Source of the DNA: Dicyema japonicum
Taxonomy: Eukaryota; Animalia; Dicyemida
Reading direction: 5' to 3'
Assembly: GCA_011109175.1 (NCBI GenBank)
Contig: RDEW01000014.1
Span: 310,001-374,000, forward strand
Length of the DNA stretch: 64,000 nt
The translations under genes were made by a program, and so were the position numbers. The stretch's first letter is position 1, and every line of letters starts with the position of its first letter. Shown piece after piece: positions 25,603 through 36,651 of the stretch. The notes beneath the pieces are model-generated. The model ran no database searches. It was not told the DNA's origin and was given only the letters and a program-made list of their open reading frames with translations.

Positions 25603-25700
25603 CAGTGGTTCTTTCCTTTTTTAAGTCAGCCCCCCTTTTGATACAAATTTGAAGCTTCAAAATTTCAGCGCACTTAAGATTTAATTTAATTTTTTCAATT
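25603..25700 (+). mobile_element. One end of a second copy of the 1720-3314 hAT family, inserted into the RTE fragment
   Basis: CAGTGGTTCTTT plus the shared subterminal block AAGTCAGC..CCCCTTTTGAT.CAA.TTTGAAGCTTCAAAATTTC; 8 bp upstream is GTATAGAC (central TA). The other end was not found. Confidence 0.6.
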
Positions 25701-25837
25701 GCGAGTTTGTACGTCGATACTTTTTTTCATAATTAAAGTAAAATGCGACTGACCAAATTTTTTTTACAAATTATTTTTAAATTAAAAAGTCTATTCATAA
25801 ACAAAACTTTTTTTTGTTATATAAAAACAATTTTAGT

Positions 25838-26165
25838 ACCTGCCGATTTTCCCCCAATGCTTGACCACGCCTCACTCAAAAACACGGCTCTGGTTTCATC
25901 GGTCTGTGTGGTCATGAGACAGTCGTTTCTTCTTTTTTCAAGACTAGAAGCCTCAAATACACGTAAATTGGGAGAAAAACCCACCCCTCTTCAAATCTTG
26001 ATGAAAGGTGATCGTCGTCGATACGGAAAGCCGTGGGTACTCTGGAGGAACACAAGAAAAATATCTCGATCCTTTTGAGAAGGTGTACCAGGATCACTTA
26101 ATTAGTTGGTTTACTCCTTCTTTCATTGGTGTTCCCTTCTCGAGGTTATCAAATAAATAAATAAA
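25838..26165 (+). mobile_element. LINE 3' end, sister copy of 19980-20300
   Basis: High similarity including the EKPTPLQ coding stretch and (TAAA)n tail. Confidence 0.7.
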
Positions 26166-26199
26166 AACAATTTTAGTGACTGCCCTGTGCTTGATGAGA

Positions 26200-27320
26200 A
26201 TCTGTCAATTCCTTCATGTCAGCTACCATAGTTGACAGACTTAGTCTAAAATCTTTTCTATTCACAATTTGTAATTTATTTTTTTGGTCAAAATATTGCA
26301 CTAAACTCTTTCAATTATATGTTGAAGGAAATGCTATATATGAGCGTTTTGATTTTATTCCACAATTGAAATACTTTTTTCAATAAGTAACCCAGAATTG
26401 GTGATATCCATATTTGCTAAACATTACTTTAGCTTCAAAGTCATATTTCAGATTTAATAGATTTTCTGTTATTTCTGGAGATATATTGACGTTTTCAGGT
26501 TCAAATGGATTTATATACCAATCAAAAAATTTTAAATTTTCTAAATCATTAAAGCAAATTTTCATAGCCGTCCCTTAACTTTTTTAGATGCAAACAGTAA
26601 CATTCACAGCCTGAATCCGTTAATTTTTCAACCTAATAAATATTATTACGAAAAAATAAACCCTAAATTTTTGTAGACTTGGAAAATTAATAAAAATCTT
26701 TTTTTTAATATTGTTTTCATAAAGCATTAATTTTTTCAATAAAAGGCATGATAGTCCTTTACATTTATTAAATTGATAATTAAAAATTTAAATAAAATTA
26801 AAAATTTAAAAAAATGATATTGTCTTGCGAATATTTATTTGCTGATTTTATGAAAAATATTTGCTAGATAAGCTCTATCAGCTTTTAATAAAATCAACTT
26901 ATTAAAATAATAAAAATTACCTAAAAATTCTTTGTTCATGTAATTGACAAAATTCTAAATCGAATCATACAATTCAAAAAATCGGCGCAAACAGTTTCCT
27001 TCAGAAGGTCATCTAACTTGGGAATGCAAAAGAAGTCGTTCGTATTGTTCACAAATAAGTCGAAATATTCTTGCATTTAAAGGGTGCATTTTTTATCCGA
27101 TATATTGCATTTATGACTCCATTTAGCGTTTCATTAAGCCTCTCACTTAAATTTTTTGCAGCTGAATGTTTCTGTGAATAACACAATGAATGGTAAAAAT
27201 ATTTGGTATTTTTCCCTTCATATATGCTAAAACCCCCAATGAGCTCCAGCCATAGCAGGTATCCTATCCGTAGAACAAGTAACAATGTTGCTGGTAGCGC
27301 CTATTACCTTCATTAGCATC
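26200..27320 (-). mobile_element. Decayed hAT (Buster/ZBED5-like) transposase
   Basis: TCSTDRIPAMAG, AAKNLSERLNETLNGVI, LLLHSQVR..EGNCLRRFFEL and DWYINPF motifs, with stops. Confidence 0.7.
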
Positions 27321-27339
27321 CCCATCATGACGTTGTAAA

Positions 27340-28301
27340 ATTTCGTATCCTGAATTAAGTTCATCGTATTTCCATTTTCGGCGTTTTTTCATTCTTTCAC
27401 TTGACTTTATTATATTTTCAAGAGCAATTTTTCATTTTTCTTCTAAATTCTTCAAGGATGAAAATTCTATTGGCTCTTCATCTACATCCTCGCCGGCAAA
27501 ATTTATTAACGATTCTATTTTTTCCTGATCGTATTTTTTTCCAGATTGACGTTGTAAAAAATCTCAAAAGGCTGCTTTCTTGTTGTATAATGATTTGATC
27601 TATTATAATCCTGATTTTTGAATTCTTTACCGTATGTAGGATAATAGGCGGTCCAATAAAAAAATATTCTTTAGAATTCTGGATATCTCACTTCCAGATT
27701 AGGTGAGGGCACTTTCGACAACAGCAAATTTAGAAAATGAGTCTATAAGATCCATAATCTGATAAATATTTTGCAAACTAATTACCAAAGAATAGTTTTC
27801 ATTTTGAGAAGAATATCGACGTAAATCAACAAGATCTACAATGTACCGATCTCTTGGAGCATAAGCAATGATTGACGTAATTTCAGGTTTAGTTGTAACC
27901 AATCGTTTTGACTAAAATTATTATATTTGATGCCTGTCAATAAACACATTTAGAGACCACAGTACTAACTTCTCTACGTGTAGCACCATAAAGGGTAAGT
28001 GATAATAAACTATATAATTTATCTCGTCCAAAGTGATTAAGATTATGTTGAGCCTAATATAAATTGGATGATATAGAACTTCAATGTATTTTTCTTTAAG
28101 TTCTGCTTCTTCCAAACAAAAGTATCTCAGCTCTATACCATTTTTTATAATGTAGAGTTTCAAATCTTTAAAAATGAATTGTTCGGCACATCTTTTGATT
28201 TTTGCCCGTTCTCTCAAGTCAGGACAATTATCGATCCTACCAGTAGCACAGTAGATTCTAAATTTTTCCAAGGTATCACGTGTTAGATTCACTAGATGCA
28301 T
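27340..28301 (-). mobile_element. Ginger/GIN-like DDE integrase element carrying three micro-introns (decayed)
   Basis: Spliced reading gives HNLNHFGRDK..CVY*Q (HHCC finger), RDRYIVDLVD, YSLIMDLIDSFSKFA and GPPIILHT..GKEF. The second catalytic Asp region is deleted. Confidence 0.75.
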
Positions 28302-28399
28302 GTTTTATAATTAAAATTAAAAATAATTTAATATATGTAATTTTAATATTATTAATAATTTTTCAATGAAAATTTTACTAAGAATTTTTTTTGGTATTT

Positions 28400-29270
28400 T
28401 GTGATGAAAGTTTTACTAAGAAACTTGTTGCGGCCGACGCCGTTCAATAAGTGTAGAACGAGAAAAATCTTTATGGCTGATCGATACGTAGTACTTCATA
28501 TTCTTGTTTGCGAGTTTGCGTGCGGGTTCCGAAGCGTTGCGGGTAACGGCCTCAGTTCCGCGGTCCTCCTCATTGATAAGGCAATTGATCCTTCTTAGCG
28601 TTTTCCAAAATGTGGCACAGGAGTTTTTGTGACATAGTCGTCCAACTAGGCGGCTCCATTTGAGTCTGTTGTTAGTTCGGATAAGCTCAGATAATTTGGT
28701 ATTCAGTGAACGTATAGAGTAGAAGGAGATATTGATCTTTGTTCTTTTTCTCTTCAGCCCATATAGTTTCTTGATGAGTGACACAATTTGCGATGATAAT
28801 CTTAAATTGAACTTCTTGTAGGAGACGACGGCATAAATAGTTTATCAGCTTTCAAAATGATAGTAGATAAAATCTTGGCCTTCTTCTCTACTGTACAATT
28901 AACCACTGTAAGGTCAAGCAGACTATTGTCCACATACGCCATGAAACCTTGCCAGTCAGCCTTCAAATAATTTTTGAACTTTGTAGAATAACACAGTAAA
29001 CAAATAGGCCCTATAAGTCTCAACACAATGGGGTTCTGGTCGCTTAAGAAACCATAACGAACATTCCATGAAATACATCCAGCCATAAAAGGAGAGCAGA
29101 GAGACAGGACCGGGGATGTTGGACTGTCCCTTCTGCGAGTCGGGCTCCTTATGTGAGCGTCATGGTCATTTAGGATTGTCTAATCATTAAGTAAGGAGAG
29201 GATGTACTCGCTGCGACTGTCGACTGATTGTGTCCGGAGTCAGAGTGGATTGTGATAATAATGACTAATT
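28400..29270 (-). mobile_element. LINE APE-to-RT linker fragment
   Basis: LSDQNPIVL (SDH-like), YLKADWQGF and FWKTLRRIN motifs. Confidence 0.5.
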
Positions 29271-29414
29271 ATATAAACCATCTAATTAAATGATCCCGGT
29301 TATATAAAATTTGAATTAAATTTTATAAAATTAAAATTAATTGTATTCCATGTTATATAAAATTTTAAATTAAATTGTATTTGAGTTGCGGTGTTTAAAT
29401 ATTTTTTTGTAATT

Positions 29415-32400
29415 ATGAATCTGAATTCTCAAAATTGCAATGAAATAAACAAAAAAGATATCGCACAGTTTTCATTAATTTAACTCCAAGTAGAGAATCG
29501 TATAACAATTATAATTTCACTAAGTATTCACGACCTCTTATTGACAAAGACTGGTTGAAGGGATCCTTAACTTTCCAACAACTTGAGATTGATCACTACA
29601 TTGGTTTTATACTCTAAAATTTACCACAGGCAGTGTAAACCCTTCATTTTGCAGCAAAGTTATGGCCGGATCGGTGCCTATTATAAGAATGTATGGATCT
29701 ACTGCCTTTGGGGACAGTGTCTTAGTACATGTTCATGGTTTTTATCCCTACTTCTACGTTTTGGCTCCCGTTAGTTTTAAGAGTGAAGACTGCTTTGAAT
29801 TCAAGGTAAAATGGTGTTCTACTTTTAGTCAGCGTTAAATTGTCAATTAGCAAAGTCTTTTAAGAACCTTAAAGATCATGAATTCTGCGTGCTTGACGTT
29901 GGAGTTGAATATAAACAAAGAATGAACTTATTGTTTATTTTAGGTATTTTTGGATATCAGGGAGATATAAAAACTCAGTTCATTCGTATTACACTGACGA
30001 ACATAAAGTATGTAAATTCAGCTAGAAAACTGCTTGAGGATGGATTTGCTTTCAATAACTGGGATCCTTTAAATTATTATAAGACTTTCGAATCTGATGT
30101 TGCTTTTGAGATTCGGTTGGTCTGTTGGTGATGATTTTAGCTTCATGATTGATATGAACATGACCGGTTGCTGTTGGTGTGAGATTCAACCTCAAAATTT
30201 CTCAGCAAGATCAGGGTTCACCCGTTCTTCGCGCTGTTCCATAGAACTTGACGTGAATTTCTCCAATATTATGGTCCACGACTCCAATGATAGTCAGTGG
30301 GAGGCCATTGCTCCTCTTCGTATTTTGAGTTTTGACATTGAATGTGCTGGTCGTAAAGGTTATAGTATATTTATTTCAAGGAATATTTCCACAGCCAAGT
30401 CTTGATCCTGTAATCCAGATAGCAAACGTCCTTAAATCGTACAATGCTGAAAACACGACAGAAACAAATATAATTTTTACCCTTTCTACTTGTGCACCCA
30501 TTTTCGGAGCAAATGTATTGTGCTTTGAGACAGAAGCCGAATTATTGACTGTTTTCACGTTTAAATGTTATTTGACAGAGCTGGACCCTTTTTATTCAAA
30601 ACTATGATCCAGATATCATTACTGGGTATAATATTGAAAACTTTGACTTATCGTATTTAATATCAAGGGCTGAAGCTCTCAAATTGATGAGTTTTCCCTT
30701 TCTTGGTAGAATAAAGGAATTAAAGTTTGTTTTTGCTAATAACGCTAGATCTTCGGTAAGGGATTCAACTTTTCAGTCAAAGCAAATGGGGAGGCATGAC
30801 TTTAAATCGATAAATATGGAAGGCAGGGTTGTTCTTGATGTTTACTGGGTTTTTATTGAATTTATTCAAGATTCTTATTAGGAATCACAAACTCCGCTCA
30901 TATTCCCTAAATTCAGTTGCTTTCCATTTCTTAGGGGAGCAGAAGGAAGATGTCAAGCATTCTATCATCACTGACTTACAGGAATTATTATTTATTAAAA
31001 GTAGAACGGTGATGATCAGACACGTAGAAGACTGGCTGTTTATTGCTTGAAGGATGCACGATTGCCGCTAAAATTGCTAGAAAAATTGATGTTAATTGTC
31101 AATCATGTTGAAATGGCACGTGTTACCGGAGTCCCTTTTTCATATTTAATCAAACGTGGACAACAAATTAAAGTAGTTTCTCAGCTTTATCGTAAAGTAT
31201 GGATGAATTTAACTCAATAGTGTCGTGCTTGTGGTATTTTGATCCCCAATGTTAAACAAAGTTCAGGCGACGAGGAATTTACCGGTGCTACTGTGATTGA
31301 ACCGATTAAGGGGTTTGTTAGTAGTTATTGTAGCTTCTATAATACGCCGATTGTCACTTTGGACTTTACTTCCCTTTATCCCTCAATAATGATTGCTCAT
31401 AATCTATGCTATTCCACTCTCGTACTTAGTTATAATGAAGAGTTTAATGGTTTAAATAGCTTAGACTTTCTCCCGAGGATTATGAAATATCTCCTACTGG
31501 CAATAAATTTGTCCGGTCGAATTTAAAAAAGGGAATTTTACCAGAAATCCTTGAAGACTTACTGAAGGCTAGAAAAAAGTTTTTATCAATTTTTGATTTT
31601 CAGAGCCAAGACAGAACTGAAAAAAGAAAAGGATAATTTTCGGAAACAAATTCTCGATGGAAGACAACTCGCCTTAAAAATGTCTGCAAACTCTGTTTAT
31701 GGATTTACAGGAGCTCAAAATGGTCGTCTTCCCTGTTTGGAAATATCTCAAGTTATTAAACTATTAATCTTAGAGTGTCACATCATACGGTAGAAATATG
31801 ATAGAATTGACCAAAAATGAGATTGAAAGTGGGTTTAACATGCGTAATGGCTATGATTATGACACTCAAGTATTTTCATTTCCATTATTTATAAGGTAAT
31901 TTATGGAGATACGGATTCTGTTATGTGCAATTTTGGCTACGAAGACATTGGTCGAACCATGAAAATTGCCTTTAAAGCTGCTAGTTTTGTATCCTCAAAA
32001 TTTCGCCGCCCAATTAACTTAGATTTTGAAAAGGTGATTGCTGGTTATAGTGACAGATTTATTACCCATATCTTCTTATTAACAAGAAACGTTACGCAGG
32101 CGTTGTGTATCCGGCTTCTGCATACTCTGAAGGAAAGACTAATTATTCGTCTGAGTTAGTGGACTGCAAAGGTATTGAGAATGTTAGGAGGGACAATTGC
32201 CCGTTAGTTGCCAATCTAATTTCGAACTGCTTGAATATTATCTTATTCAGAGGTTTTCATGAATTTGTTTATGCTATTAGAGATCCGGACGCGGCAGTCA
32301 ATCATACTAAGCAAATAATATCGGATTTGTTGAGAAATCAGATTGACATCTCCCATCTTGTTATTTCACGTGAACTCACTCGTAATGAGGACGAATACTC

Positions 32401-33143
32401 TGGAAAGCAGGCTCACGTAGAATTGGCCGCTCGGTTATATTAAAATATTGATTAAAGAATGAGGAAAAGAGACGAAGGGACTGCCCCCAAACTCGGTGAT
32501 AGAGTTCCATACGTTATAATTGCATCTGCCAAAGGGCTGCCGCATACATGAAATCAGAGGTAATCAATTAGATCTTATATGAAGGATCCCTTGTATGTCT
32601 TGGAGAACAATGTTCCCATAGACACTGACTACTATCTCAACAATCAAATTAAAAAGCCTCTTCTGAGAATATTCGAACCCATACTCGGTTCAAAGACCGA
32701 ATCAATACTTTTCTGTATTCTTCTGATGAATTCCTAGCCGGAGATCACGCTAATCAGAAGAAAATCGTTACAACAAAAGTTGGCGGGCTAATGAACTTTG
32801 TCAAAAAATCTTCGTCGTGTCTTAAATGCCGGTCTTTGATAAGAAATGGTAAGCTTATTAGTTATTAGCAAGACACTGATCGTGCGTTATGTAACAACTG
32901 TGAGGTTTTAAGAAATCAGTTAAGCGAAAAATATGTTCATCGTTTGAGAATGCAAGAGGAAAGGTTTTCAAAACTATGGGTTCAATGTCAGCGGTGTCAA
33001 GGTAGTTTTCACGATGAAGTGATTTGCTCTAAGTATTATGATAAGTGTTATTTAGTCGTGACTGTCCGATTTTTTATATGAGAATAAAAGCCCGTAAAGA
33101 CTTGAAGGAGTCAAACGATATTTTAAATCGTTTTGATTGGTAA
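29415..33143 (+). CDS. POLD1: DNA polymerase delta catalytic subunit (about 23 micro-introns)
   Basis: [57 protein letters not shown] and C-terminal CysA/CysB cysteines. Introns 21-30 nt; one -1 frameshift at 32534-32536. Confidence 0.97.
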
Positions 33144-33199
33144 TTTTTGATGTCAATTTAAAATAAATTTGTACCATTTTTTATTTTATTGTTTCCTGT

Positions 33200-35950
33200 A
33201 TTTTGGATAATTTGTGTATATTATTTTTTTGAGCGGATAGTAAACGAAACAATGAGTCACGAGTAAAAATAATTAATTTATAACGCCGGTCTAACTTAAT
33301 CTCCTCTTTTTGGGGCCAACCTCTATTGCCCGTATAGGTATGTTCAAACGACGCACACCCACATTCAGAGACTAGCCTGGGTTGACATTCCGTACCATCT
33401 TTCTCCTCACCAGGCATCAATACTCTATGCCACCCATCTGTCTACACGCTATCCAGAGTCTTCTGCAGTACTAATGTTTTCAAACATGAATTCACCGTTT
33501 CCTCCTCCTTGAGGAAAGCCAGGTGGCCCTTGAAGAATCTTATATCCATACTGATCGTCGTGTCTAAACGAATCTCACAAATTTATTTGCGACAACAGAT
33601 TGGACTGATTGGGTTTTCAGTTTCTTGGTTTTTCTTATTCCATATTGACGGTAGAAACATAGGTGTAATCATCCGACTACTTCGTTATGCCGCCTGAGAT
33701 ATGAGCTATTCAGCATTCGACCACACCTAGTTGCAAAGTGATCGACGGTCTTCTTTTCTGAGTTACAATGTCCGCACTTAGTTGTTACGATCCTGAACTA
33801 AACAAAGCCTTCCCTCGGTTATAGGGGAGTGATTTCCATGCTCAAGCATGTGTCTTTCAAACACTGAAATAAAATAGAGTGCGGTGGTTTCTTCTCATTT
33901 TCTCCCAATAGATATTCATGCTGTTTCTATCAATTTCGACATTTCCAAGTCCTTCACATTTTCAATGTTGTACTTTTGAGAGATGAATTCTACGACTGTG
34001 GCTATGTGTGTTTTCTTTGAATTAATGACCCGTAGTATTCCGCTCTTCTTAGGAAGTAATTTTCCTTATGTTCCAAGTCACCATAAAATTTGAAGAGCAT
34101 TCGTTCTGCTTTGTTACAGACAGGCTCAAGGCCTTTTGCAAATTTATTTCTTATAAAGTTTTATTTTTTTTATTAATTAATTTTTAAACAGTGGAAGTCA
34201 GGTAGTTGCCGCCCTCACTGCGTGGCTGATAAAAAAAGTGAGAGTGCATATTCGTTCATTACCTTAACAGGTTAACTGAGTTTAAATCAGTTTTTGTCAA
34301 ATTTTCAATACGCGTAGATGCTTCATAGATTTTATTCATAATTTCTCCTTTAAGGACATTACTGTTCTTATCCTCAAGGACTCCCAAATATTGGTATCCA
34401 TCTAATCCATCGAGGAAACGAGCTTTCCCAGACATGTACTTCAGGTTTGTTGCAGAATTGTCAAAGTTTCTCTCCAATCCGACTGCATCAAAACGATTGA
34501 ACTCCTTCTATATTATTTCCATTGAATCACTGAGGAGAAAATAACTTTATATTTTCCATAGAAAAGGTGATTAGTTGCATATGTTGGTTCTCCATTTCCA
34601 GGACTTCCCATCGTTACTTTCGGGAATTTTCCGTTCAGCAGTCGACTAAGAAAGTTCATTAACAAAGCAAAGATATGCGGTGAGAGAGTCCCCCTGTAGA
34701 ATTCCTCTTTATTTTAACTTCTCGTCGTTTTGCTTTCCAAATTTAGCTGCCATTGCGTGACAAGTTTCTGAATAAATCTGACAATCAAGCAGGGAAGACC
34801 AGTGAATCTCCTCACAAAGATTTCCACGACTCGAATGAAGTTTTTGAGTAATCAGTTATAGACTCCGTCACAGACATATGCTTTCCAATTTGGAAGCATC
34901 CTGATAGAATCAGTGATTGCCTCCTTCGTAAAATCACCATAAGAGTTCTGATCCAGTCACTCTTTTGCTAACCAAGAAATGCTATCCTTTCGTTCACCCT
35001 TATTCCAAATGTTAGTCCAAAAAGGAAGACATTCCTCCCCATTAAAATTAAGCACCAACTTCTTATCTCCACTGATATTTCTATAGAATCGTCTTTATTC
35101 AATTCGAATTACTAGTTGGCTCGTCTAAACCCCTTTCTCGATTCATAAACTCTCAATTTTTTGTCAAAAAGTTTGATTTGATCACGAAAATAGGAAGCAA
35201 TCCTTTTGAATTCTCCCCTAAAGTCATATGAACACAAGGTATAGGGTATTTCTTAGTCAAATTGCTACTCGTTCATTTCACCAGCCGTTTGAATTTTATC
35301 AAGTTGTTGCTTAAGTTTAGTGAGTTTGTATTTCATAGACTCTTCCAAATTACCGTTAGTGCTATTCTTCTTGGTAAGCCTCTCATAAGTCCACTACCAA
35401 GCATATATGATATCAGTGATATCGTTGATATCCAAACTAAGCAAGGAATCAACTGCATTAGTTCCATTCAAAATATTTTTCTAAGTATTTTTTTCTGGAA
35501 TCTTCGTTGTAGGAATTACGAATAGTTTTTTCTCGTTTTGACTACTTTCCCAATTTGGCAGCAGAACTCCTCAAAGCATTTTCCAAAATTTGAAATTTCA
35601 GCCTTCTATGTTTTCTTGACTGGAAGGCCACAGATTGATTCACTCGACTTTGAAGAGAGTAAGCTCTTAAATTTGGTAACGGATTTCGATGTCCCACATC
35701 TTAAGTTAAAAGCGTTCGTAATCACACCATGGGAAATTTTCTTAAATCTGGAATTTGCAGACACAACGACTTTCACAGCCCATTGTTTCCGGTCCACAGT
35801 GTGAACTTTGTCAACTAGGCATTGTACAAAAAAAGAAGATGTGCTTTAAATTCAATATTGACAACTTCTTGCGTCTTGGGCAATTCATCAACCACATTCT
35901 CTACGGTCCTATTGTTTTTTCTTTTACTAACTTTCGTAAATAGATCGAAT
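33200..35950 (-). mobile_element. Decayed R4/Dong-like non-LTR retrotransposon (RT, CCHC finger, RLE)
   Basis: GDSL, YQYLGVLEDKNSN and CGHCNSEKKTVDHFATRCGRML..RRHNEVVRMIHL; appears to be in at least two pieces. Confidence 0.75.
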
Positions 35951-36034
35951 AAAACATATTTTATTTTTTCTTACAAGAAACCACTACAACAGCAAAAAAT
36001 TCAAATCTTTTGTCTAAGCATATAATAGCGTTAA

Positions 36035-36270
36035 AACCATGTGGCGACATTTGCTACGTGGCTAATTGGTTGAAAATTTCTATTCCTTAACTTCTAATGG
36101 CGTCATTGGATCCACCTTACTAAGGAGACGCCCAACGACTGACCGGCATTCCAAAGGATCCAACTATTCTTTCCACTGAGAGACAATTTCGCTACCTGAG
36201 ACAAGTTATGTAATCGCTAGAACGGAGTTAGTTAGTTTGGTATTACCCTTGGTCTTTGGAATTATTTTAT
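36035..36270 (+). mobile_element. 5'-truncated LINE 3' end
   Basis: Collinear with 3395-3632 and 6500-6800. Confidence 0.6.
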
Positions 36271-36651
36271 TATTATTAAAACCTCAAACGACCTGGCACG
36301 TCTATCAGTTATTGAACGAAAGACAAGGTTATTATTGGCAACAGAGTCTGTTACGTTCACTCACGGGAGAAAGAAGACAAGGGCTTTCATCCATCATGAA
36401 ATAAAGTAACTCAATCTTCCGATCAATTAACCACTTGGTTAACTGGTGAAGGTTTTTTTTATTTATTTTATTTGGTTTATATCATAAATTAAAATTCTTT
36501 TTTTGATTTTTAGTCCAAAAATTATTATTGATTTGATTATTAAAATAAATGTAGGAAAAATAATTTTGATATTTCCATAGAAACAAAAGACATCCCCATA
36601 ATCACTCAGTGACCATTTTATGAGAATAATTTAGTATCTCTATTTTGTAAA

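Noticed and set aside
26898-26920. Intron-like GT..AG block in the decayed hAT transposase
   Set aside because: The unspliced frame is already open and splicing breaks it.
32253-32282. POLD1 intron whose first AG gives a frameshift
   Set aside because: The AG two bases further gives an in-frame 30-nt intron; a lost G upstream would also fix it. It cannot be called non-canonical, but it shows non-homopolymer base loss is possible.
29415-33143. Frequent in-frame stops suggesting a reassigned genetic code
   Set aside because: The stops fall within removable GT-AG micro-introns or follow single frameshifts; genes end in TAA, TAG and TGA.
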